A stretch of 64,000 bases of DNA from Microbotryum violaceum. Taxonomy: Eukaryota. Numbering within the stretch: the stretch's first letter is position 1; every line of letters starts with the position of its first letter. The notes beneath the pieces were generated by a model, which made no database searches, had not been told where the DNA came from, and was given only the letters and a program-made list of their open reading frames with translations. A program made the position numbers and the translations under genes. Location of the stretch: positions 1,426,001 to 1,490,000 of the forward strand of contig CDLV01000011.1 in the NCBI GenBank assembly GCA_001244265.2, read 5' to 3'. Below are positions 49,234 through 61,689 of this stretch, piece by piece.

Positions 49234-51799
49234 ATGCAGCGTCGACATCATCGACCAGGCCTCTCAACGGACTGGGACCTTGAGGATGACCTCGAGCTGT
49301 CTCTGACTGTGGGCGACCACCTCACACCGGGGGATCACCGCGGTACGACCCCGCAGCCGCTCGATGACGAAGAAGCGCTCCGGACAGGAGACGTGTGGGT
49401 CGGCGACGAGGACGAGGACGAGGTGCCGCGCGTGAGAGGCCTACTCAGTGCACCAGCAGATGGCACGAGCTTGGCACAACAAGAGAGGATACGACGGATA
49501 CTGCTTGCGCTCGCCTGCCTGCTTGCCATTGGTTCGGTGAGTCGGTAGGCTCCCCGTACCGGCTGGGGTATGTGGTGCACCATGCGATGGCTAAGCTGGG
49601 ATATCGCTCGTATTGCAATAGCATTATGGTGCATATCTACTCGGTCCATTGAAGCACTCGCTCAAAACGTCCGAAGGCAACTTTTCGTGTGAGTCGCGCC
49701 TCACGTTGCACCTCAGGCTGCATGGTTTCATGCACTCTGGGGCTGCTGCGATGTGGGGGTGGGCCGTCTCGCAGCATTCCGTTATTGACTCCGCGGGCGC
49801 ACTTCATTCCACGCTCAAAGCCCTCATCTCGTCGTTTGAGCTGTCAAACACAATAACGCCTCTCATCTCAGGAATGCTGGTCCCAAAGTAAGTCAAATAC
49901 AAAACGATTCTCACCCGCAAAGTGCACTACATCGAACTCTATGACTGTGCTGACTGGAAAATCCCGATTGCCACGGCAGATTCGGAGCTGCCAGGGTGAG
50001 ATTTTCCTGGTGTGTTTCTCATGACAGGCACCGAAGCCGAGCTTGATATAAATTGATCCGTATACACCAGGTGGGGCTCTTTTCGACCGCCATCGTACTG
50101 TGTGGCCTTCTGCTCGTTGTCTACGGTCAGCTCGATGACGGGGAGGGCGGTGGGGTACGTTCCATCGGCACCATGGTCAGTCACAACACCAGAAATGCCA
50201 TGAACAATCATTTTTGCGCACTAATACGCTGGCCTGCATGTGTTTGTAGATTTCAGGCCTGCTTGTTTTCGGCCTCGGCCTTGCTCCTATTGCCGTTGTT
50301 CAGGAGTCAATCATCCTGCGCCATAACACCTCGAACTCAACCACTATGGCGAGAACCGTCGCCATCGGCCTCTTGCTGGGAAAATTTGTAAGCCGCAGTG
50401 TCTACATATCTAGTCATAAGTCGAAGTACGTCAATTAATCTCGCCCATGGTATTCACAGTCGGCCTTCCTGGCTTCGATCACGGCGCAGCCACTATCGAA
50501 AATCTCACCACGGCTTCCTTTCATCATCGCCACCTTCCTCGCCATGTTCTCTTTCTTGTGCTGTCTCTTCTACTGCATAGTGGAGCGAACGCTTCCCGCC
50601 GCCGATCCACGCGATCAGCTTAAAGACGATCATGGCCGATGGGTACCCCTATCCGAGCCATACCTTTTTGGCGACTTGTTCTGGTTTTACATCGCGGTCT
50701 GCTTCCTTGCTGGGGGATGGTACTCTACCATTCATCTCTCGACATCACTCTTGATGTCCATATACCAAATCACGGAGTCCCAGGCCGCGTCTTCCGCCTC
50801 TCAAATATTGTTTTCGAGCACACTGGTGAGGCCCTCTGATCTGGCCGAACAAATTCAGGCATCGTACTCATTGGAGAACCTATTTTACAAAACTTATAGC
50901 TATACCCCGTCATCGGGTGGGCCTTGGATCGCCGTCCAAGCATCCTCGCAAGACTGTACATGGCTGTGCCCCTTTCCATCTCCGCAACCTACATCATTCT
51001 ACTCAGCGTCAGTACTCGTCTCTCCGGTTTCTCCGCTGGAAGAGCTTACGCATGCTCAACCGATTTCAAATTCTCACACCTGTAGCTCACTTCCGTCGTA
51101 CCCCACTACCTCGCGCTGACACCGTCGGCTATCGGGATAGGAGGCGGTCCCTTGCTGCTCGTTGTTGTTGTTCCCCGTATCGTCGAGCGACAGTACGTCA
51201 TTTTCTCCATGCTTGTCCGGTCCCACTTATTCTGATTGATTGCTGATTGCTCCCCGTTCCACAGCCAAACTTCGACAGCCTTAGGGCTCCATAAATCGCT
51301 CGAAATGGCCGGGGCCGTCATTTCGCAGACCATCACCGCCGCGATCCTCTCAACCCCTCATTCGGCATTCGAATCCCCCAAAGTGACGGGTGCGGATAAG
51401 GATCGAGCGAGTGCGCTCCTCGCCGTGAGCTTGCTTTTGCTGTTCTGCGAGCTCCAGCTCGGGGTAATCATCTGGTGGTGGACTTCGCTCGCTCGATTCG
51501 AGCGCGATCGATCTGAAGACGATCATCGGGGGGTGGAGTATGGACTCGTACCGACCGTCGAGGAAAATCTCGCTCCAGTGGACACAGATCGCATCGAGTC
51601 CGAGAACGAGCTGCATCCAGAGTTGGAAGATCACGAAGCTCCGTCGTTACTGCCGCCCATCTCGTGTCACAGTGAGGGTGCAAGAAAGGGAAGTGCCAGC
51701 GCTGCGGAAACTCGGAGGGGGGTATGGGCCTTGAGAATCAGTCTACTGGTGGTCGCCATCTCATGGGTAGCTTTCGGTGGGAACCTCGTCTGGGGGTGA
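49234..51799 (+). CDS. Major facilitator superfamily transporter, MFSD1-like
   Basis: Many hydrophobic exons: 'ILLALACLLAIGS|HYGAYLLGPLK', 'LISSFELSNTITPLISGMLVPK|FGAAR', 'LFGLGLAPIAVVQESII', 'FWFYIAVCFLAGGWY', 'LGLHKSLEMAG'. Confidence 0.8.
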
Positions 51800-52099
51800 A
51801 ATTTCATACCTCATCATCAAGGTTTGTGCGCCAGGTGATCTTGTCCGCGCGTGACGCCTCAAAGTTGCACATGCGGAAGTTGGGGGATGCGCCGTCATTC
51901 GCCTTCGCAGGCCTGGAAGAAGTGGAGCTGATGTATTTGAATGGGCACGGAAGGTATTAATGCAAGCTGCGACGAATACTGATAAAGGATAGGCTATGAT
52001 CATATGCAAAACACCACAAAACAGAAACATGTAGTACGCCCGTAACAAGGGGAAGCTCGGCGAACTCCCGGAGAAACGAGCTTCATCGACCGAAGTGAT

Positions 52100-53132
52100 T
52101 CACGGTCGAATGATGCGAAAGGCGCTATCACATGATGCAGCACCCCCTTTCCTCCTTGTGCTTTTTCCCGTCGTCAGAACCGACTTTGCCTTGCGGGTCA
52201 ATGAGGATCCATCGAGGCCCGGATTCGACGCCGTCGACGTCAACGAACTGGACAACGACACCCGACATGGGTGGGGGGGGGGGGGGGCAGAGTCAGTATT
52301 TGGAACGGCCATAATAGCTTCTCTGCAATAGTTGTAGACATGTACTCACAGGCTTTCCTTCTGGGTCAGGAATGTAGAATGCCCGGTTTGGGTTGGAGAA
52401 CAAGCCCGAGTTTGCTTTCTGTTCGCGCGGGGCGGCTCCAGAATATAATGAGCCCCTTTTCCACGGACACCAGCAGGAAAGTAAACTCACAAGTTGAGAT
52501 CGAGTTGGTTGACGAACATAAACCGCTGTGCCGGGTCCTACATGGGGTACGGACTCGTACCGTGATCCCACTGGGAGTTTTTGGGCAGGGTTCATGGAGA
52601 TGAGTTGGGGATTGGGGGACGAGTCGAGGGTGCTCATGGATACGTAGTCGCGGGAGAAGCGAATTGGGACCGGCATAAGGCAAGAGTGGAAAGAGAAAGC
52701 GGAGGTCAAGGTCGACGGGGTGATGGCAGAGCTGTTCGAATTGCGCTCCGTGCACTCGTTTGTTGCCTCAGGCTCGGACTCGAGGTGCTCCTCGGGGACC
52801 GAAGGTCGTCACGAGGTGGCGAACTGGTGAGCGGGCTCGGAAGCCGGCCGGGTGCAACAAAGGGAAAGCGCGGTTGCCCGGCGCTAGCTAGAGTTCGAGG
52901 CGGAGTAAGATCGGAGGCAGGCGGATCGATCAGAGGTAGACGAGACACTGCGTGGGAATTTTATCCTAGATTCAGATCTCGAAGGGAAGAGTGTTGCGCG
53001 TGATATGTTTTGGTTGACTTTTAGGGCGGATGGGAAGAAGTCAAGAGGCAGAGTTTGAAGGGTCGTTCGAATCTTCGGCAACAGTTCTCCGATGGTTAAC
53101 TCGCAGTCGCTGACAAGTGTCAAGGTATCCAT
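52100..53132 (-). CDS. Possible hypothetical protein (Ser/Pro-rich); structure unresolved
   Basis: ATG at 53132 (MDTLTLVSDCELTIGELLPKIRTTLQTLPLDFFP) followed by several short ORFs with plausible splice signals. No single consistent model was found. Confidence 0.3.
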
Positions 53133-54498
53133 TTATAGATACTGGCGCAAAGAGAGCGCGTACGTTTCAACACTTGTCTGGGTATACGCCTCGGCCTCCT
53201 GCCGGCGCTGAAGGGCCCGTCATCAGCTCAACAAGGGGGAGTCAGCATCCGGCGCGCGAAGAGGGCCCCACCCTCGCCACGAAGTACTTCCCTTTGATAG
53301 TTCAATGTCGCGATAGTGATAGGCAGAAAATCAAGCTTTCCTCATCGAAAGATGATGGACAGTATTCGTTGGTTACAACTGCCATCCCGGGTTAGAGCCT
53401 TCCATGTGGCCTGAATTTTGAGACAATTGCAAAGCCTCTCTTGGCAGGTGTGCTGAGTTGATGCTGCAGACGGCGATCCCATCTATAAGGGGTTCAAACC
53501 CAAAGCAACGCCTATCTTGCGATGTCCCAAAAGCGCCTAGCCACCGCACCTTTGCCCCATGCGCTATCACTTCGGTCACAGACGTCACTGCAATGGTGTG
53601 GCTTGTCACGCATCCGATTGCCGCCCGCTCGGGACGATCTCTCCGAAGCGCCCGGGAGAAGAAAGGGAAGGCGGACTGCCCGCGAAGGGTCGGTGACGCG
53701 CCCGCCGAGACGATGCTGATCACTGCTTGGGTAACGACTTTGACAGAACCAAATCTCGAAAAGGGTACCACCCCTCTGACCGCAATGATGACAACATCCG
53801 AAGATGCAGTCCATCGTATCTGAGGTCAGAAGCGAAGCCTTCTGTCTTGCAGAGGGAAACTGTGGCGCTCTTTTGGTGTGGCAGCACCACTGGGAATATC
53901 TCCGAGGGTACCGCTGGTCGCAGTCCTTTCTAGTTTTATTTCGACGCCGATGACAAAAAGGCACCCTTGCGCTGTAGCCATTATCAGCTTCTAAAGCATA
54001 CCCCGAAGTCTTCTAAAGCCCGACAGCAAGTCTTCGCCATACATAACGTTCGGCGAGCTTGTCGTGACCCCTTGGCGCCTGACCCCTGGCGCCGAGCTCA
54101 GATGAAGTGTCAGATCGCCTTCCGATGTGGTGTTTGGAGGCAAACGTTTATGCGTACACCCCACAAGATACGTATATTGCTGCAGGATGGCAAGACCAAA
54201 GGTACGATCTCAAGAAAGCTAATCAGGATGTCCGTCTTCCCACACAAGTAAGCGAGCTGCGAGCTAGCTCACACAGCAAAAGTAAAATCCGAAGAGCTCA
54301 CCTGCAAGCACTCGATGAGGCCTCGAAAAGACATCCTATGCAACTCCGCGCCTGCCAATCCTCACTTTACCCAAGTCACTGCTGCCGAAGACGGCGAAGA
54401 TGTGCGATGTACAAGTGCAAAAAGGGTATTTCAAGCCAGAATCCATGGGCTCTTTGTACTCAAAGCCACTGGATGAAACCCTACCTCGAATTTGCTTG

Positions 54499-57400
54499 CT
54501 AGCGCTTGCGTTTTTTGGTCTCAAAACCCTGTTGAAATACTGTAGATCAGCATATATTCCTGAGAAGGTGCTCAGTATTCACCAAAATCATCATTTACCT
54601 TGAACGTCAACCCCGAGTCACTGTCATCGCTGTCGTCAGTGAGCACCGTAATTGTCATCTTGCTCGGCGCTCGAACGACCGGAGCTTTAGCACGCGATTG
54701 GCGAGTGGTCGTCGATGCGGCCGACAAGCTCAGCTGCTTCACCGTCATACTCGAACCATTTTGACTGGGAGCCGACCTGCCCCTCTTCTTGCTAGCAGTC
54801 GACCTCGATGCTGCGGTATCGCTATCGTCGACGTCCATCTCGTCCACTTCTTCGACATCGCTGATCACGGCACGACTCGGGCGCAGGTCGTCCGAACTGA
54901 AAGGATCATCATCAGATTCCATGAAAACTTGTGCGATCTTGGCCTTGCCTTTGCCTTTGCCTTTTCCATCTTTGCTCTTGCTGTTTGTACTACTGCTCTT
55001 GGTCGACTTGGTCGCCGCAGCGGTCCTGGCCTTCGCGGTTGATCCAAAGTTGAGCATCGGCTGGAAGCCATCACTGTCCATGCCAAAGTCGTCGTCGTCA
55101 TCGTCGTCATCGTCGACTTGACGCGATTGGCTTTGCGTCTGCGACTGAGTACCCAGCATGCCCGGATTCCGGTTGCCTTTCGTTTTGTAGCCTACACCGT
55201 GGGTGGGGGGATCGCAAGTTCATAAACATGTCTAAATGCCCCAGTTTAGCGAAACTTACTTTTGCCGATGCCATAGTCGGCGCGTTTGATGGGGGCGAGA
55301 CGGATTGGAGGTCGGGGCTCGCTTCGTTCATTTGCCGTCCCCAGAGCTTCCTTGGGCTACGAGTCAAGAACCAACGCACAGAACTCGTCAAAAAGGGCTC
55401 TTTCGCGGGCTCTGCATGTCGACTTTCTTACCTTGAAAGCCTTGAAGTTCGCCCTCCCCGCCCATTGACCCGTATCTTCGAATCGTGGCTGGAGCGTCTG
55501 CGGCCTCGGAAAGTGAACCTTTTTGACGACGAACATGCCATGAGGTTTTCCCGCCCAAAAATTGGGGTCGTCGACATCGTGCTCCTCTCGCTGTTCTTGA
55601 TCATCCCGAACAAGGCGCATGTGCTCTTCGTTGCTGTCGATTTCGTCCCAGGTCATACGGTGGCGCTCGGGGGCGTTCATCATCTTGAAGTTGGGTTTGA
55701 CAATCTTGAGTCGGTTGAAGTCGTCGTTCAGCTCTTGTTCCATGAGCGCGGCTTTGCCTTTACCTCGTCTTGACGTGACCTGAAGCAGTACGGGGGCTTG
55801 CTCGACCCCGGCTTCATCATCGATAACCTGGTTCGACGCCTTGCCTTTGCCCTTCTTCTTCGTGCCCTGTGATTTATGCGGTGATGCATTGCCCGTAGAC
55901 TGTCGATGCTCCTCTTCATCGTCCACCACGACGGCCGGTTGTGCGCTCTCCGATCGAGCTCGTTTCGAAGCCGTCTTGGCTCGCCCCTTCCCTTTCTTCG
56001 GGGTGCCATCTTCCTCATCTTCGTCCCCATCTCCCTCTTCCGCAGTTTGGTCGATTGATCTCTTGCGTCCGCGTCCCGCTTTCGGTGTCACCACTTCCAC
56101 CACCACCTCCACATCATCAGGTGAAATGACTTTACCCGCGCGCTGCCTCTCCAATTCCTTGGCAGCCTCGGCATCATCCTCTTCCTGGATCTTCCTCAAC
56201 CTTGCCTCCCTCGTCATGGAATCGTATCTTGTTCTTTTTGCCTCGGGAACGGACGAAGAGGAGCTGCCGACTTCATCGAAGAGACTGGAGGGTGGATCAC
56301 TGCTCACGGCTCGACGCTTGAGGAACCTTCGAGCCGTTGGCGCGGGCTTGGAAGCAATCTCTCCGACCGTTTGAGACGATGAAGGTACGTCAATTTCCAC
56401 GGTAGAAGCGGCGGGGAGGGATACAGAGGGAAGTGGGTCGGGCTCTTGGGCATGCGAAGGGGGTTCATCCCCTTCGACAGCGGACGGTTTGTCGAGACCG
56501 AAGAGCTCATCCAGTTTGCTCGGAGCGTCACGTCTGTGTCGCTTGAGCTGCGAGGAGATGCAAAGTGGTAGATGAGCAAGCAGCTGACCCGAAAGGAGAA
56601 CCCAGAGAAACCTCTGATTGCTTACTCTACGAACGATCGTCGGAGCCGGCGCTGAAGCTGCTTCCTCTGCAGACCCTGGTGCCTGCGTCTGCACCGCAGC
56701 CGTCGACGGTGCTGATTGATCCCCCAGGGTGTACTGGAGCTCGCTCGAAGGGAGAGGTATGTGATCACTCGATGTCGCTTTCAAACGACTGAGACTCGCA
56801 CCAACGACTGGGCTCCCTTCGACCTCAGGAGACGAGGTCGGCGGTACCATCACGAGAGGTCCCAAGAGCTGTGCGGGGTCGGCGTCGTAAATGGCCTGCA
56901 GCAAGTCGATCATCGGATGTCCAACGAACTTGGCTTCTCCAAGACTACACGTCATACCAAAAAGCCTTCCTTCAGTCCTTCCTCTATCTCGTCGAAACAT
57001 CCATGCGGACTCACGCTTGGGCCAGCTGGCGCACCGTCTTGAATTCGGCTGGTTCATTCAGCGCCGGAAGGGGCTCGAAACCTTCAGGAGGTATGATGGC
57101 AAACCGGAGATCCTTCTCGAAGCCTTTGACGTGCTTGTAGTCGTCGATCGCATGGCGAAGGGCTGAGATGGATCGATCGAGAGGCAGCATGTCGCGTGAA
57201 ATGAGATGAGCACCACCGAGTTCGAGCAGGCCACTGGGATCACCCTCGGGCTGGGGCGCAGCAGGAACGAACCGAACAAGCCAACAAGAAAACAACGAGT
57301 CAGGCCAAACTCCTTGAGACTCCTCGTGGCGACGAAGATACTCACGTCCTCCTGGAAAGGCAAGGCAATGACGTCGCGAAACATCGTCCTTCGCCGCGGG

Positions 57401-58538
57401 TTCGGGGACCAGCCCTCCGTCGTCCCCGTCGGGAATTGCGGATCGATGTTGCACGGACACTCCTTTGGACTCGGAAACACGGACCAATCGGCTTCGAGGA
57501 TGCTCTTGCCCCACCAATGCTCGGGGTCCGATCCGGCGTCCGGATGCGCCTCGTAGACTTGGGCTTCCCACGCGAGTACGACCGCCGAGTCTTTGTCGGC
57601 GCCTTGGGGTCGAGGCGGAGGCATTTCGGAAGCTGGAGGGGTTGCATACGTCGTACAGGCCGCTAACTTGTCGAGGTAACTTGGATCGGCAACATGGGAT
57701 CCGACAAGAGCCGCGCTCATGAGCGAGGCGTTGGGCGTCAGCTTTTTGGTGAGGTAATGGGTATGGTGGGGTCGGAACGCCTTGTAGGCGATCTTGAAGC
57801 CTGTGGCGTATATCGATTATTCAGTCCGGACTTGCCAAGAGCTGCTTCTGATCACACTCACCGACTGATTTAGCCAAATCGGCGTAAATGCTCTTCTTGG
57901 CGACTGTGGCCGAAGAAACTCCAAAGATGAGGGGGACCCACTCAAAGCTGTAAGCGGAGCAGTCGGAGATCATCCATGAGTTCAGTGTCGCTTGCCAGTC
58001 TCGGCGTCACAACTTTTCTCGCGCCACTCACGTCATCTCGTAGATGGCGCCAAAGGCGAAGCTGTCACCAGATTTGACATTAACGCTTTCCCCATCGATG
58101 GCCGTGAGCTTTCCGTCCGATCCGCGGTGCTGGACCTTTCCTTTCAAGATCAAGGGGTACGGATCGAGGTTCTTGGGGTTGGTTGGATCGTCCTCGTACG
58201 CCCACGAGGATGCGCCGTCCGAGAGCGAAGGGATGGTCGTTTCCCAGGTGCCCGACTTTGAAATCTTGGACGAGTTGAGGTAAAAGTCGTGCAATCGGTT
58301 CTTGACTTTTTGGGCTTGATTGGGCAGTCGACCCAGACGGTAGGTACGCCCTGGACGGAGAAGATGCGACGAGCGAGGAGGGATCGAGTTGAGTTCCGGC
58401 GCAGCTGTTGTCCGGGAGAGAAGCCAGAGTGAGCACGAGATGTCAAAATCGGGATTGATGAGTTGATCGAGCGCGAGCCGGGAAGTGAAACTTACTCTCG
58501 GCTCTACAGTCGACGGTTCCGTGTAATACCCAGACCAT
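54499..58538 (-). CDS. NBS1: Nibrin/Nbs1 (FHA-BRCT, MRN complex)
   Basis: N-terminus MVWVLHG..|SHLLRPGRTYRLGR..SSKISK (FHA); BRCT-like 'FRPHHTHYL' and 'RRTMFRDV'; Mre11-binding 'ANFKAFK'; acidic C-terminus 'DDSDDSDSGLTFK|GFETKKRKR*' through a final intron 54529-54598. Confidence 0.88.
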
Positions 58539-58940
58539 GTTGACGATAGGAGCTCGATGATGGCGCGGTTGCTCCTGAGCACACTGACGTCGCACCGGGA
58601 TCTTCCACGTGGTGATCGAGCGAGACGTACGATGCACGAGGAAGCTGTGGGATACACGATATACATTTTTCCGGTGTGATGAGTTACCAAGGGCCAAGGC
58701 GCAGGGTGAGAAGTGGGCTGGGGTTGGGTTGTACCAGGCTTGTTCACTCACTGTGAGCGCTCTCCGGACAGGCAAGGCAGTCTAGGCGATCGTTTCGAGG
58801 GTCCTGACGGCCTTTGCCATCGTACGAGTGACCGTGGCTTCTCGTGGATGCCTCCGGTGCGTGAGTGGAAGAGGAGAGAGGAAGGCGCCGTACAGGGCCC
58901 GAACAGGAACAGCCGACTGGGAGCCTCCGAGAGCGTTCGC

Positions 58941-58966
58941 ACGCGTTGACGCGTCGAGGCGCGTCA
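58941..58966. promoter_or_regulatory. Cluster of MCB-like (ACGCGT) elements in the NBS1/ORC5 divergent promoter
   Basis: ACGCGT at 58941-58946 and 58949-58954 plus a third GCGCGT core, between two DNA repair/replication genes. Function inferred from yeast MBF biology. Confidence 0.5.
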
Positions 58967-59071
58967 CCTCCACAATTCCGCCTTTCACCTTCTCACCTCT
59001 GTTCACGCACTCGTCGCTCGTCCCCTGACCGTCTCGGTGGAGCAGAGCTATTCCGGACACCATCATCGTTC

Positions 59072-61537
59072 ATGTCCGACCCAGCGATTTCCACCCTGGT
59101 CTCCCTTCCCTCGCTACAGCCCTTCGTCACGCGTTTATCGTCATTACTCTGTTCGGCCGCTCCCCCACCCTGTCTACACATCCACGCCCCGACCAACTCT
59201 CACCTCGTACTGCCCATAATTCACCACATACTCGACGAACAACGCCTGGTGATTAAGCATGCCCCTGCCCAACCTTCGGTGCAGGAGTTGCTCCCTCGAT
59301 ACGCGAGCGTCGAATTGAATAAGCTGCATTCGACGAGGCAGCTCTTTGATCGGGTACTGAATAAGCTTAGTGGGTTCGCTGGGGACGGTGACGAGGATGT
59401 GTGGGATGAAAGGGCTAAAGCGGTCGCGTGTTGGGATGGGAGGAACCAGGGGTGTGAGGTTGTAAAGGTCGATGTGGCGGCGTCGAAGAAGAGAAGCAGC
59501 GAGGACAGAGCGTCAGCGTGGAGAGACAACAAGCGTAGAAGGGTCAACAGGCTTCAAACGCAGCAGCAGCAGCAGGAAGCAGAAGACGAGTCGAGTCAAG
59601 ATGAAGAAGAAGCCGTGGATGAGGAAGCGAACGAGGAATGGGTCATCCGGTGGAACCGCTCGAAAGCACCTCCTAAATCTGCCATCGCGCCTATACACGA
59701 CACGCTCGAACACTTTTTTGTCTCCCTCTCTACCATATGTTCACTAGGAAAGGCACAAGACTATCACCCAGCATCCAAGAAGCGATCTCGACCCAATGCA
59801 GACCGTGACGACGACGACTCGGATGCCGAAGAATTTGCTGCTCTGAACGCCAAAAGGACGATCGCGACGCCGCATCGCTTCATCATATTGGACAAGGCTG
59901 AGAAGCTGTCAGAACTTCCAAGCGCGGGAACGGTCGGAGGTGCACCTAAAGAAACCGGATTGGGCATGACCTTCTCGAATGCGATGAGGAGGGTCGGTAG
60001 TTTGGTAAGAGATTTTCTCACACTTGTCGCACTACGATCACAGGTGACTGAACACGGTATTGACGACGCTTCGCAGTCCCGACTCCCGATTTCCACCATT
60101 TTTATCTCGAGTTTAGCCCCGACCAAGCTGCGAGGCTCCATGGTCGGCAACGTCGAACCCCAGTTGCTCGTCTTCCCCGACTTAGGCCGAGGCAATTTAG
60201 GTCAGACCTGGGCAAGCTCGGCGAGACAAATTGACCTCCGCTGATCGAGCTTCTTGTCTTCACTCCAGATGCGTCGAACAAGAACGCTCCAGGAGAAGGC
60301 ATCGTCGCATTACTCACCGCACGATTTGCCGCGACCCAGCCCGCTTTCTCACCCATGACAACCGACGAGACCGTGTCCCTTTTCCGCTCCCTCGTACAAG
60401 TGTTATGGTCAATCTTCAGCAACACCTACACCGAAGTCAACGATTTCGCCCATTTGGCGGCCAAATTTTGGCCGAGCTGGTTGGATTGTCTAGATCAGGG
60501 TAGTCGTACGTAGCCGGCTCGTCGATGAAGGCTTTTCTTGAGGACATAAAAGCTGAGCCAGACGCTTCCGTCCTGTAGTGCCTGTCAATCCGAATCGGAT
60601 CTCGGCATTGACCTTCCTTATGAAAGCTGAGTTCGCACGTGAGCACGAGCGACACGGAGCGCCTCGTCAATCATCCTACGTGGCAGAAGGACTCGGTTCA
60701 CCGAAGAAGAACGCCTCGACCCCACGAAGACGACGATGCGTGGGTTCGTCGGCTCGATCCCGGATTTGCCTGCTCGCCCGAACTACCTCCCGAGCCCTTC
60801 ATCCTCGGTCGCTTCCCCTATCCGGCCGGCTGCATCCACTTCCACCAGTATTCTGAACGACTCCATCCCATCCCACAGCCTCTTCTCCGCTGCCGCTGCA
60901 ACGACCCCACTCGCCAAACGAGCCAAAGCAATGAACCTCGCCGCTTCGAGACCACTCACCTCGGTCGAAGTCGAGACCAAAGCTGATCAAACTTTGGCCA
61001 GTTCCTTACCGTTTGTCGCGAGGATGTTGATTCTCGCTAGCTTCTATGCGGCTTTCAATCCGCCTAAAAGCGATGTGAGGGTTTTTGTCAAGGTTGATGA
61101 AGGGATTGCTCGGAAGGGGAAGAAAGGGAGACAAATCAAGAAATTCAGGGTGGGGAATAGTCCCACAAAGGTGAAGAAACCCCGATGGTCGAGCACCAAG
61201 ATTGAGACTTCGAGACTGATGCATCCCCCCCCCCTCCTTTCCTATTCAGGCACACATCACTTCTTTGGAGTCAGGAGGCAAGGCCTTCCCTCTCGAACGC
61301 CTCTTAGCCATCTTCGAAGCCCTAGTGGACGACCCTTCCATCTCTTCTACAATCGACGTGCAGATGCAAGTCGCGACATTGATCAACTTGCGTCTGTTGC
61401 AACGCGTCTCGGCGCAGGATAAAGTCTTGGATGGGATCAAGCTGAGGTGTAGAGTCGGGTTTGAGACGGTGGATATGTTGGCGAGGAGTTGTGGGATGAA
61501 GGATTGGAAAACGAGGTTGCATCAGACCGAATTCTAG
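59072..61537 (+). CDS. ORC5: Origin recognition complex subunit 5
   Basis: 'FIILDKAEKL' (Walker B-like), 'SRLPISTIFISS', ORC5_C 'LPFVARMLILASFYAAFNPPKSDVRVF', 'KAFPLERLLAIF', 'QVATLINLRLL' and 'KLRCRVGFE..LARS'. Confidence 0.92.
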
Positions 61538-61689
61538 AAGGCTGGAGGTGTTGTCTGGGGGATTTACGTCCGTGTGCTATGCACTTTCATGTTGTACAGT
61601 ATGTTCTACACTACCACGACCGGTACACATTGTCCAAAAGGTATCCTCGTTCATCAGGGGTATTCTAAGCCGAGACTATCGATCTCGAA

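Noticed and set aside
53140-54490. Possible gene or pseudogene on the + strand
   Set aside because: Fragments with splice-like signals are interrupted by stops in every frame tried and no family is recognised. Left unannotated.
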